Below are positions 8,432 through 17,263 of a stretch of 64,000 bases of DNA, piece by piece. A model generated the notes under the pieces. It saw nothing but the letters and a program-made list of their open reading frames with translations, ran no database searches and was not told the DNA's origin. Position 1 is the stretch's first letter. The number at the start of each line of letters is the position of its first letter. Both the position numbers and the translations under genes were made by a program. Source of the DNA: a virus; the IMG/VR virus record IMGVR_UViG_3300027798_000035, positions 1 through 64,000 of that record. One strand, 5' to 3'.

Positions 8432-10527
8432 TTTCCCTTAGCCTCCGACCATGAGTTTGCTGAATGACAGGATACCTTCAATGGGATACCAGCGATAACT
8501 CGGTCTTGACCCATGGCTTGAACCATTACTTTTTGTGCTTCTTCTATATTTTCATTTGGAACTGCTACCACTAATTCGTCATGCACCTGTACCAGTATCT
8601 TGGCATTGAAAGGTTTCAATGCTTCGTGGACATCAATCATAGCAATTTTGCAGATATCAGCCGCTGAACCTTGAACAATAGCATTGATTGCTTGGCGTTC
8701 TGCTCGTGCTCGTAGACCTTCATCACGACTTGTAAGTTCAGGTAGCCGACGACGACGACCCGACAAAGTACTCACATACCCGCGCTGTATTGCTTTTACT
8801 ATTTCAGTATTCTTCCACGCAGATATTCCACTAAATTGTTTGTAATAGTTATTAATTACTTCTCTTGCTCTTTTTTCAGTAATACCTGTAGTACGAGCAA
8901 GTTTCTGTGCACCACCACCGTACGCTGTCAGGAAGTTAACTCCCTTACCTAACTGTCGTTCTTCGGAAGTTACATCTGCGACTGGTTTGTTTAAGACAAG
9001 GGCGGCAGCGCCAGCGTGGATGTCCTGCTCCTCAAGGAAGAACTTACTCATATTCTTATCCTTAGAAAACATACACATAACCCTTAGTTCAATCTGATCA
9101 TAGTCAGCCACAAGCAAGGTATGACCGGCTGGTGCTACGAACAAACTCCGGATGCTGGAGTCTCTTGGAATGTTTTGAAGATTGGGGTTACTGGAAGATA
9201 GGCGACCAGTTGCAGTTCTGTGGAGATGGTATGAGGGGTGGAGGCTATTGTTGACCAACTTCAAAAGGAGACTCTCAACATAGGTTGACTTCATCTTCTT
9301 TACTTCTTGCCACTCTAGGATTAAGGGAATAAGTGGGTGAGCATTTTCAATGAAGCGCAATGCCTCTTCGTCAACAGAGGACGCACCCTTGGCAGTTTGT
9401 TTATGGGACTTTAAACCAAGACCACCATCTGCCTTGCTTTTAAATAAGAACTCTTGCTTGCTCTTGTTGCTATCGGGGTTGAACCCTAAGGGAGTGAACT
9501 GAGACATTTCATTTAAGAGATCGCGCATGCGACCGTCTAGTTCCCTACCGAGAACGACCATGGCGCTTTTCTTGACAGGAATGCCAATATCTTCCATGTC
9601 CATAATGACACGGAGTACGACCATATCCTGATCAAGGGCGTTCCGTAGACCTTCTTTATTCTTGATCTTGTTCCACAGTCGCTTGTATAGCATCCATGTC
9701 CAGCGAGCATCTAGGTGCACATACTTAGTAGCCGACGAGAATGCCACGGTATTGATGATCTTGCCAAGTTTGCCCTCTTTGTAATAGGCATCATGACCGT
9801 CATAGTTGTGTGCGATTAAATCCGTCAGGCTGTAGCCACGAAGGTTCTCATTTACGATGTGTTGCATGAGCATCGTGTCCATGAATCCTGACAAAGGCAA
9901 CTCAACATTTAAGTACTTGCGAATTGAGCGAGCGTCAAACTTGACATTATGACCCACCTTGATGATATTTGGGTCAGCAAATAAAGGTTCTAAGGCTTTA
10001 AAAACATCAGAACGAGATAACTGTTCGGGTGGTGCACTGAACACAGCGGGGATACGGTAACGAATCTTTGCCTCAGATTCCGTTCCATCCTTTTTTAGTT
10101 TGCGGTAGCCAGTAGGGGGGACGGTTGAACCGTCACCAACCTCTTCGGGAACAAGAATTTCACCGCACAGATGACCCATTGGTATAGCCCAGGAATGACC
10201 ATCAGTGGCTATACCAATCCAAAAGACTTCGTTACGCAAGGGGTCAAGGGCGATGATACCTCGCCACTTTTCCATCAGTCGTTCTTGCGTGGCTTCCCTA
10301 ACCGCTGGGGAAGTAGTCACCATGTCGGCTAAGTGCTGTTTGAGTTCAGTGTTAAATGCATTCATAGCGTCTGCATGACGCTCAACTATTCCGCGTGTTT
10401 CCACATCAAATGCAAAAGCGCCTACGCTTTGTATGATCTTAACGATCTCATGGATTTCTTCAATCGTAGAAACAACAAGGGGAGGGGTTGTTAGACCCCT
10501 CCCCTCGCTACGAGTACTTACGCTCAT
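8428..10527 (-). CDS. polA: DNA polymerase family A with 3'-5' exonuclease, no 5'-3' exonuclease
   Basis: ExoI AFDVET, ExoII GHNVKFD, TATGRLSSSNPNLQNIP, motif A ADYDQIELR, motif B RQLGKGVNFLTAYG (Phe at the 762-equivalent), motif C QVHDEL. Confidence 0.97.
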   Translation of the reverse strand: MSVSTRSEGRGLTTPPLVVSTIEEIHEIVKIIQSVGAFAFDVETRGIVERHADAMNAFNTELKQHLADMVTTSPAVREATQERLMEKWRGIIALDPLRNEVFWIGIATDGHSWAIPMGHLCGEILVPEEVGDGSTVPPTGYRKLKKDGTESEAKIRYRIPAVFSAPPEQLSRSDVFKALEPLFADPNIIKVGHNVKFDARSIRKYLNVELPLSGFMDTMLMQHIVNENLRGYSLTDLIAHNYDGHDAYYKEGKLGKIINTVAFSSATKYVHLDARWTWMLYKRLWNKIKNKEGLRNALDQDMVVLRVIMDMEDIGIPVKKSAMVVLGRELDGRMRDLLNEMSQFTPLGFNPDSNKSKQEFLFKSKADGGLGLKSHKQTAKGASSVDEEALRFIENAHPLIPLILEWQEVKKMKSTYVESLLLKLVNNSLHPSYHLHRTATGRLSSSNPNLQNIPRDSSIRSLFVAPAGHTLLVADYDQIELRVMCMFSKDKNMSKFFLEEQDIHAGAAALVLNKPVADVTSEERQLGKGVNFLTAYGGGAQKLARTTGITEKRAREVINNYYKQFSGISAWKNTEIVKAIQRGYVSTLSGRRRRLPELTSRDEGLRARAERQAINAIVQGSAADICKIAMIDVHEALKPFNAKILVQVHDELVVAVPNENIEEAQKVMVQAMGQDRVIAGIPLKVSCHSANSWSEAKGK
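10470..10506 (-). terminator. intrinsic terminator or attenuator downstream of SSB, inside the first codons of polA
   Basis: Minus strand GAGGGGAGGGGT-CTAACA-ACCCCTCCCCTT followed by GTTGTTT. Confidence 0.75.
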
Positions 10528-11252
10528 GCGTCTTCGGATGAAATTGCGAGTAATTCTTTACGACTGGGGATCGGGATGATCTCCTCAGTATAAGCACTCC
10601 GAAGAAACTTGCCTAAGTCGTCATCGCCCAAGTCCTGAACGCCCCATTCCTCTTCAAGGTCACGAGCCTTTACCAATTGATGGTTGGTAGCGGTGGTCGC
10701 GCCCTTGCCTGAGCGTGAAACTGCCCAGTAGTGCTTGGGGAGTGGTCCTTGGCGAGGATCATCATTGAAATTCTTTAACTGGTCAATGACGCGTGAGCCA
10801 ACTTCGTATGAACGAAGTACGGGGTCTTCACCTTGAGTCAACAGGACCACATTGAATGCAAACTTGTTGCTGGGCTTGTTACCTGATTCGCACAGTGGGC
10901 ACCCACGATCATCAATATTGGCGATGCAAGTAAATGACTTCTGACCAGTGCGCTCCATCCAGTGTTGGCGATAGGCGGCGTATGGTGCGGCTTCAAGGAA
11001 CTTAATAACAATTGGTTCTTCAGCAATCTTGAGGCGCTGTGCGTATGACGAGTCAGTGACACTTGACTTCAACTGGGAGACACCTTCCCAACCACCGCGA
11101 ATTACTTTGCGGGGTGCTTCTGCAACTTTAGTTGCTTTACGCACAGGGGCATCATCTTCGTCATCGTCCTCAATGGCTCGTGACTTTCTTGGGGCTTCGT
11201 AGGCGACTTCGTCTTTTTCAAAAGCGTCGTCGTCATCATCGTATCTCGGCAT
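10524..11252 (-). CDS. single-stranded DNA-binding protein (T4 gp32-like)
   Basis: IKFLE...Y.QHW...SFTCI...CPLCE...KFAFNVV...Y.AVSRSGKG.TT Zn-binding gp32-like pattern; acidic N-terminus; adjacent to the polymerase. Confidence 0.8.
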   Translation of the reverse strand: MPRYDDDDDAFEKDEVAYEAPRKSRAIEDDDEDDAPVRKATKVAEAPRKVIRGGWEGVSQLKSSVTDSSYAQRLKIAEEPIVIKFLEAAPYAAYRQHWMERTGQKSFTCIANIDDRGCPLCESGNKPSNKFAFNVVLLTQGEDPVLRSYEVGSRVIDQLKNFNDDPRQGPLPKHYWAVSRSGKGATTATNHQLVKARDLEEEWGVQDLGDDDLGKFLRSAYTEEIIPIPSRKELLAISSEDA

Positions 11253-11386
11253 GGTGTTTTCTTTCTCGTGTGTGTTTGTGTTTGTTGGTTACCTGTCGGG
11301 CGCCTATTGGCGACCGATAAGTTCTTGGTGACCGAGCATATCTTGCGATTTGCTGTTCGGCGCGTTTTTCTTAAGAATATCCCAAG

Positions 11387-11815
11387 TCACTTGGGCCAAT
11401 TAGTTATTGCATAATGCCTAAAGTCATTCCAGTGCTTGGAGTTTCTGTCGTCCAAGTTGAAGCGCTTTATACAGTCGTTCAGGAATTCTACTTGCTTGCG
11501 AGTATACAGGCGACGACCCTTGGGCACTTTGTTCGGTAATTGTGACTTCCGAGGTGCGGATGTCCTGTAGTTGGTTTTTGGTATCCAACCTTGATGCTCC
11601 CACATTCTTAATGTACTTGCTGATCGGTTAATTGCTTTTCCTGCTTCACCAATTGTAAACATTTCTATATCTATGCCATTAATGCGGTAATTCTTAGATC
11701 GCGCACCATTGATGGTATTTATTGCAATTGGTTTGTTTTTACCTCTATTTTTAGGTGGACGAGAACCAGGCCAGTCGGGCAATCCTCCCATTAATTCAAT
11801 TGGGTCAATCCCCAT
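11387..11815 (-). CDS. MerR-family HTH DNA-binding protein
   Basis: FTIGEAGKAINRSASTLRMWEHQGWIP...GRRLYTRKQV. Confidence 0.85.
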   Translation of the reverse strand: MGIDPIELMGGLPDWPGSRPPKNRGKNKPIAINTINGARSKNYRINGIDIEMFTIGEAGKAINRSASTLRMWEHQGWIPKTNYRTSAPRKSQLPNKVPKGRRLYTRKQVEFLNDCIKRFNLDDRNSKHWNDFRHYAITNWPK

Positions 11816-11817
11816 TG

Positions 11818-12129
11818 TTATTCCTCGTAACTAATAATACCGTCAGACAAGTTATCGCACCATGCGACTATCCGTTCTTGTTCATCTAATGAAACACCAG
11901 TTTCAGAATCACATAATGCATTTGCTAAGTCTTCAGTTGGACATACGGAGATTACTCGTAAAAGACTGACAATGGCATCCATGGTTAGGATGAACTCGGA
12001 GTCTCCTTTGTAGGTTTTTTGGTTGTCGTTATGAACGGTACGGCGCCACCAGTGTGTCGGGAACACAGAGGTGGACCGTTTGTTGGGATCATCGTCTCCA
12101 GTAGAGAGCCACATTTCGGACATTCCCAT
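11818..12129 (-). CDS. hypothetical protein
   Basis: 103-aa ORF with GGGAG RBS. Confidence 0.55.
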   Translation of the reverse strand: MGMSEMWLSTGDDDPNKRSTSVFPTHWWRRTVHNDNQKTYKGDSEFILTMDAIVSLLRVISVCPTEDLANALCDSETGVSLDEQERIVAWCDNLSDGIISYEE

Positions 12130-12167
12130 CTCCCGGGAGGCACTTGATCGGTTGTTGACTTAGACAT
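11985..12167 (-). CDS. small Zn-finger protein (start MSKSTT)
   Basis: WECPKCG...PLCSRH; GGGAGG RBS and a putative promoter upstream; overlaps the next ORF by about 145 nt. Confidence 0.5.
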   Translation of the reverse strand: MSKSTTDQVPPGRWECPKCGSLLETMIPTNGPPLCSRHTGGAVPFITTTKKPTKETPSSS

Positions 12168-12186
12168 GACTGCCTCCCTTTGTTTT

Positions 12187-12196
12187 AAGGTTATCA
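12187..12196 (-). promoter_or_regulatory. putative extended -10 promoter TGATAACCTT
   Basis: Fits TGnTAnnnT; identical 10-mer at 43188-43197; both lie just upstream of an RBS. Confidence 0.5.
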
Positions 12197-12200
12197 TGTA

Positions 12201-12674
12201 TTACTTTTTAGGTTCAATGACTTTAAAAGCCCATGATTCCTTCTCGGAGTACAGTTCCTGGATTTCTGACTGCATTTCGGGGTGTTCCCAAGCCACTGTG
12301 GCGAGGGCATCTTCATCCAACATCTGAACGGTAACGGATATCTGATCCCACAGGTCATTCTTTTCAGCCCATTCACGGGCTGACTCATGATTCAAAGAAA
12401 CTGAGACGCGACGCTCGCGCTTTAATTGAATACCACCCTTGGTCTCAATCCATTTGCTCCCCTTATGGTCGGCATACCCATCAGTGTCAACTAGCGCCGA
12501 CAACTCTTTTTTCAATTCGTCGGTACGGGCAGTGGCTAAATCACTGAAGGTCTTTGACTTGAGGTATTCCTCGGTAAGTCTTTGGATGTAGTTGTCCTCA
12601 GACGGTGATGGTTCTTGTCTAATAATTTTGGGCATTTGGTCCTCCTTGGTTGGTTTGTCAATATAACAGCGCAA
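12201..12674 (-). CDS. hypothetical protein (probable start MPKII at 12635)
   Basis: Helical N-terminus then LKRERRVSVSLN; AAGGAGG before the internal Met. Confidence 0.7.
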   Translation of the reverse strand: MRCYIDKPTKEDQMPKIIRQEPSPSEDNYIQRLTEEYLKSKTFSDLATARTDELKKELSALVDTDGYADHKGSKWIETKGGIQLKRERRVSVSLNHESAREWAEKNDLWDQISVTVQMLDEDALATVAWEHPEMQSEIQELYSEKESWAFKVIEPKK

Positions 12675-12675
12675 A

Positions 12676-13593
12676 TTACCAGTTTGGCATTTGCGTTGAG
12701 TTTAGTAGTCCGAGTTCTATCTCGTCGTTGGTCATGTCACCAATATCCTTGGCGGTAGTCCCCGAATAATCCCACCACCATACACCTTTGCGGAAGTATG
12801 GCAAGGTTTTAAAGAACTTCTTTGATGATTGTTTCCCAGCATCATCGTTATCCATTGCAATGATTACCTTGTCAGCAACCGACGCAAGAAGACTAATCTG
12901 TTTAATACTGACAGCCGCTCCAAAAGTTGCTAATGCTTGTGGCTTGTCAAAGACACTGGCAAAACGCACGACATCAAGTGGTGATTCAACCAGTATTGCT
13001 GTACCACCTTTGAAGCGTTCAATACCAAACAGGCTCTCGGATTTCTTGACACCAACTGGAAAGTTGCGTACCCAGTCCCGAGCCTTGGTCTGCCACCCCT
13101 GCAGATCACCAAACTGATTGACAATGGGAATAATCCAGGCGGCGCGCGATGTATCCCATCGGATACCATGACTTCGGGCTTGGTCGGGGTCAATCGCTCG
13201 TTTCCTGAGTTCTATTTCGGGTGCGGCACCAAACTTTGAAAATGAAATCCAATCAACTTCGGGTTTCTTTTTAACAACTTCTACATCAGAAGTAAGTCTT
13301 TCTAAGTTACGGTCAATCAAAAAGTGGTGAACAGCCATAATTGCGTCTGGTTCGCCAGTCAATTCTGAGACCAGCATGCTTAAGGTTCCGCGGGCACCGC
13401 ATGAGAAACAAATCCATAGACCAGTCTCTGCGCTCATGCTCCATGACGGGGAACCATCATCGCGTCCCGTGACGCGCTTGTGCACGGGACAGCGTCCTGA
13501 GATTTCCTTACCCTCGGCACGACGAATGTCTACGCCAAGTGTTTTAAGGACATTCCCAAGATCAGTCAAATGCGTCTCCGACACCATAGCCAT
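12676..13593 (-). CDS. DNA primase (Zn finger plus TOPRIM)
   Basis: CPVH...SWS...CFSCGARG; LVESPLD; IAMDNDDAG. Confidence 0.92.
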   Translation of the reverse strand: MAMVSETHLTDLGNVLKTLGVDIRRAEGKEISGRCPVHKRVTGRDDGSPSWSMSAETGLWICFSCGARGTLSMLVSELTGEPDAIMAVHHFLIDRNLERLTSDVEVVKKKPEVDWISFSKFGAAPEIELRKRAIDPDQARSHGIRWDTSRAAWIIPIVNQFGDLQGWQTKARDWVRNFPVGVKKSESLFGIERFKGGTAILVESPLDVVRFASVFDKPQALATFGAAVSIKQISLLASVADKVIIAMDNDDAGKQSSKKFFKTLPYFRKGVWWWDYSGTTAKDIGDMTNDEIELGLLNSTQMPNW

Positions 13594-14824
13594 CCGCAGT
13601 CACCTCCGAGAAGTCCATGTTCTCCCAGTCCCACTTAATGTGTACTTCACCTGTGGGTGCAGAACGAGCCGCGACAACGCGAATGATTGCTTGGTCGTCT
13701 AAGTCAGGGTTGCGCTCAACGCCGAGTACTAGGTCTGCGTCTTGTACGAATGACGACGAGTAGCCGATTGCGTCGGTAGTAATTGCTCGCGTCTTTTTAT
13801 TACCAAGTTTCCAACTAAGAGCCTGCGTCGTTGCTACGACAGGAATGTCAAGTTTTTGAGACATACGCTTTAGACCACGGGTGATGTTGGTTAACGCCTG
13901 TGGGCTTCCTTTGGCTTCACCTTCCTCGTCATCCATGAGGTACACGCCGTCAACAATCAACAGATCAGGTGAGTACTCCTTGACCTTTCCTGTTAGGGCT
14001 GAGATAGTCGTGAGCGATGAGGTGTCCTCACTAAAAATAAATGGTTGCATGTTCTTGCGTTGCATAAGGGAGCGACGAATGCGTTCCATTTCTTTGTTGT
14101 CTAACTCACCACGCAAAATCTTGTTGAATGGAGTCTTGGAGATGATTGCGTCGTAACGCGCTTCTTGTTCCTCAATACTCATTTCAAAAGAAACGAACAT
14201 GGGAATCTTGCCATGAATGTGGCAGGAGTTAGCAATGATAAGAGCAAATAAGGACTTACCACGCTTTGGCTCACCCACGAACACAACGAACTGTTGCGGT
14301 CTGAGACCTGAGGTAATTCTGTCTAAACCAAAGAACCCAGTAGGAATACCTCGTAGGGAGTTTGGTGTGCTACGCATTTCTTCGTAGCGCATAACGCGCG
14401 TTTCCCAGTTTTGAATAATATCAATGTCCCGCATACGGGACACTTCAACTGCGGCTGTTTGAATACCAACCGTCAGCGTGTCTAGGGCGTCTTTGGTACG
14501 ACCAACATTCAACAACGGCATAGTTGTTGAGATGACCTCAATCAAACGGTGCTGGGTATGTGCCTGAAAGATTTCTTCAATGAGCCGTGAGAAAGTTTCT
14601 GCCTCGGCATCAAACAACTGGATGTCAGCGTATTGAGATTTAAATACACGCGCCGTTGGTACGGCATTGTGCTCTCGGTAAAAGCCTGTAAGCCACTGCC
14701 ATATGTCCTGCCATGTGTCTGAGAAGTGCTCAGCCTTAACTCCGGATTTTAACGGAGTAGAGATATCCGAAGTTTGGATGATCTTTGAAACTAGGAGATG
14801 TTCGGGTGAGGACATTATTACCAC
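13562..14824 (-). CDS. dnaB: DnaB-like replicative helicase
   Basis: GIPTGFFGLDRITSGL; Walker A GEPKRGKS; SFEMS; LIVDGVYLM; QDAD. Confidence 0.95.
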   Translation of the reverse strand: MVIMSSPEHLLVSKIIQTSDISTPLKSGVKAEHFSDTWQDIWQWLTGFYREHNAVPTARVFKSQYADIQLFDAEAETFSRLIEEIFQAHTQHRLIEVISTTMPLLNVGRTKDALDTLTVGIQTAAVEVSRMRDIDIIQNWETRVMRYEEMRSTPNSLRGIPTGFFGLDRITSGLRPQQFVVFVGEPKRGKSLFALIIANSCHIHGKIPMFVSFEMSIEEQEARYDAIISKTPFNKILRGELDNKEMERIRRSLMQRKNMQPFIFSEDTSSLTTISALTGKVKEYSPDLLIVDGVYLMDDEEGEAKGSPQALTNITRGLKRMSQKLDIPVVATTQALSWKLGNKKTRAITTDAIGYSSSFVQDADLVLGVERNPDLDDQAIIRVVAARSAPTGEVHIKWDWENMDFSEVTADGYGVGDAFD

Positions 14825-15255
14825 GCTCTTTCAGACCCAAGTACTGTAGCGCGCATCCCAATGATTGCTTGCTGTTCTTGTGTAGCAACATAAATAACAT
14901 GAATGCTTCTGTTGAAACGCAGGTCTTCTGCCAATGTTTCAATGTCAGGGTAAGCCTCTACTGAAGTGGAAACGCCCTTACGGATTAGCCAATGTTCAAT
15001 TTCGGGTACTGCCTCAACTGGCATGAGCGTATAAACCAATGTGCCAATACCGCGTCGGTTAATTGAGTCGTTGAGTGACTTCAGAGGTAACTCGTTTGGC
15101 TTCATGGTGTTAACCAAAGTCGGCATGTCTTTGGCTTTTGATGCAAACCAATTGCGGACTGACTTTGTACCTTTTGGGTAACTTGCCAGCACTCCCTCAA
15201 ATAAAACAGCCTGTTGTATGGGTGCGTAGGGTGCTAGGTCATTACCCTGCATCAA
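14818..15255 (-). CDS. hypothetical protein (degenerate HAD-like)
   Basis: AVLFEGVLA resembles the HAD motif I strand but lacks the catalytic DxD. Confidence 0.55.
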   Translation of the reverse strand: MMQGNDLAPYAPIQQAVLFEGVLASYPKGTKSVRNWFASKAKDMPTLVNTMKPNELPLKSLNDSINRRGIGTLVYTLMPVEAVPEIEHWLIRKGVSTSVEAYPDIETLAEDLRFNRSIHVIYVATQEQQAIIGMRATVLGSERAW

Positions 15256-15845
15256 GACACCGTTGTGATGGTCATGTCCTCTAGGACAGTCGCAACACGG
15301 TCACCATACCGACGAATAAATTCAGTTGGGGAGAGGTGGGTTGTAATGATTGTTTTGCGAAGGTCTTCGTTGCGTCGGCGTAGCAAACTACCAACTTCAT
15401 GTTGTGAGAATTCGGTGGATCGTTCGTGCCCAACTGCATCAAGCACAACAATGTCAAAAACACCCTTGAGGTATTTGACGATGTGTGGCATTGAGTACAT
15501 CTCGGGAAGTTCGTTATCATTATCAAATTGGTCCTTGAGCATTTCAACATAACGCTCAGAGGTGATACACCGACCTGATAAGGGTTTGGTGTTGAGAATA
15601 TCCTTCAGGATTCCAACAGCGATTGGTGTCTTTCCTGAACCACTTGGGCCATGTAAAAACAAACCGTTTGATTCACCGTTGGTGAATTTAGCAATGGCGT
15701 GATAAGTCTTGTCTGATACCCGAGACGAGTCGTACTCAGCGCGCTCCCACCGTGGTGGGAAGTTTGCCCATGCAAGGCGCTCTTCTAGCGGACGGTTCTG
15801 CCACCATCGTGCAGATTTCCAATCGGTCGGCGGTGCTGAGATCAT
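15252..15845 (-). CDS. DnaC/IstB-like ATPase, helicase loader
   Basis: GLFLHGPSGSGKT; VVLDAVGHE; TIITTHL...YGDRV; located between the initiator and DnaB. Confidence 0.9.
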   Translation of the reverse strand: MISAPPTDWKSARWWQNRPLEERLAWANFPPRWERAEYDSSRVSDKTYHAIAKFTNGESNGLFLHGPSGSGKTPIAVGILKDILNTKPLSGRCITSERYVEMLKDQFDNDNELPEMYSMPHIVKYLKGVFDIVVLDAVGHERSTEFSQHEVGSLLRRRNEDLRKTIITTHLSPTEFIRRYGDRVATVLEDMTITTVS

Positions 15846-17059
15846 TTTGTGGTTCCCTTTGTGAGTTGATAATTAATTACTGCTTGCTTGAGCGACGGTG
15901 CAAGTTCACGCAAGTTCTTGCGAGCAATAACATCTGCTGGTATTTCTACTCCAGCGTCAACCAAAATATTACGCACAGGCTCAAGGTCATTGTCAAGCAT
16001 TGTCGTGCAGTTTGTTAAAAGAAACGAGGCTGACTGGATCAGGGTGTCAAACATGGGCATGTCGTCAAATGACACCTCAGCAATATTCACCAACAATTCG
16101 GGGTACCTGTAGGCAACATCCATTCCTCGTCTCCAAATAATCTTTTGCATTTTTTGATTAATGCCATCACCCCACGGGAGGTCCTCGCCATGCTCAAAGT
16201 CATCGGACACCCATCCCAATATTGGGGATTTCTGCGAGACCCCCGTCATTTTGGACATCATGCTAATTTGGACTTCTCGGGAACAGAAAGTTTTCCATGG
16301 GGATGCAGATTCCATGTTTCGTGACAGGGCAAAGAATTCCTCGGTCATCTTTGTTAGGTCAGAGACCTTGACTCCAGCGGTAATCAGTCGCTTGATCTGA
16401 GCGCGGAATGCTGGTCGTTCACCCACGGGGGTTGTCTTCCCACCGACCCTGCGGGCGGTGAGTTCAAAATGATCTAGGACTTGTGAAATTTCACTGGTGG
16501 TTTTCTTTAGGGCGATGTTCTCATCCCACGGTCGGTCATTGTCAGGGTCGGCACCAAAAGTGGGCATAGGTTCTCCTTGTTGTTTTCTCGGGCGAAGCCC
16601 ACAAAGGAAAATGTCGTTAGACATTTTCCTTTGTACTATATCTAAAGTACTATCTATAGAGACGCGTTGTCCCTGCTCACAGCCTCGTGGGGGGTTCACT
16701 GGTGACCCCCCTGGTAGGTCACTGGTGACCCCCCCTTTGTTTAGGGTCAGGTCACTGGTGACCCCCCTCTTAGGCTTGCGGTAATTGACAATTATGCTCT
16801 TCCCGCGGTTTGCCGAGAGTATGGTTGAGGTTACCACTTTATGTAATTCTAACCACTTAATTGATCGTTTAACCGTAGACTGTGACATACCTGAAATGTT
16901 CGCAATGTCATCAATTGTCATGATCGGATTACCATCAAAAGGAGTCAGTCGGATGATGCACATGAGAATATGGGAATGGGTCGGATTGCCCTTTTTAACG
17001 ATCAAATCAATCGCCCATACTGGGACCGCCGCAAACGGTCCGTTAAGTTTTCTAGACAT
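15842..17059 (-). CDS. replication initiator (N-terminal wHTH, lambda O/DnaD-like position)
   Basis: FAAVPVW...TIDDIANISGMSQSTVKRSIKWLE HTH; internal GVTSDL repeats; directly upstream of the loader; AAGGAG RBS before MSRKLN. Confidence 0.75.
   Translation of the reverse strand: MSRKLNGPFAAVPVWAIDLIVKKGNPTHSHILMCIIRLTPFDGNPIMTIDDIANISGMSQSTVKRSIKWLELHKVVTSTILSANRGKSIIVNYRKPKRGVTSDLTLNKGGVTSDLPGGSPVNPPRGCEQGQRVSIDSTLDIVQRKMSNDIFLCGLRPRKQQGEPMPTFGADPDNDRPWDENIALKKTTSEISQVLDHFELTARRVGGKTTPVGERPAFRAQIKRLITAGVKVSDLTKMTEEFFALSRNMESASPWKTFCSREVQISMMSKMTGVSQKSPILGWVSDDFEHGEDLPWGDGINQKMQKIIWRRGMDVAYRYPELLVNIAEVSFDDMPMFDTLIQSASFLLTNCTTMLDNDLEPVRNILVDAGVEIPADVIARKNLRELAPSLKQAVINYQLTKGTTK
16694..16767. 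repeat. three iteron-like near-palindromic repeats G(G/T)TCACTGGTGACCCCCC, putative replication origin
   Basis: Copies start at 16694, 16717 and 16750; AT-rich tract at about 16634-16660. Confidence 0.75.
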
Positions 17060-17199
17060 GGTGGCTCCTTGTGGTGTCGGAAAGCATACACAAGAAAGGG
17101 GGAGAAGGTGTTGCACACACTGTTTTCTTTCTGTATGATTTACACACCGAGTTGGTGGTTCTCCTCGGGTTCGCTGATCTCCTTGCTCAGCGTGGTGGT

Positions 17200-17251
17200 T
17201 ATGGATGGGGCGCTATAGTGTAGAGTTATACTATAAGCGCCCCATTCCATA
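17200..17251. promoter_or_regulatory. 52-bp imperfect inverted repeat carrying divergent -10-like elements
   Basis: TATGGATGGGGCGCTATAGTGTA-GAGT-TATACTATAAGCGCCCCATTCCATA; TATACT on plus and TACACT on minus; sits at the strand switch. Confidence 0.7.
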
Positions 17252-17263
17252 CAAGGAGTCCAC

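Noticed and set aside
11253-11386. c-di-GMP or other known riboswitch, or tRNA
   Set aside because: Lacks the GEMM consensus and a cloverleaf/TTCRA arm; kept only as a putative SSB leader.
16694-16767. Mini CRISPR array
   Set aside because: Repeats are 18 bp with 5- and 15-bp gaps inside a coding gene, which fits iterons better.
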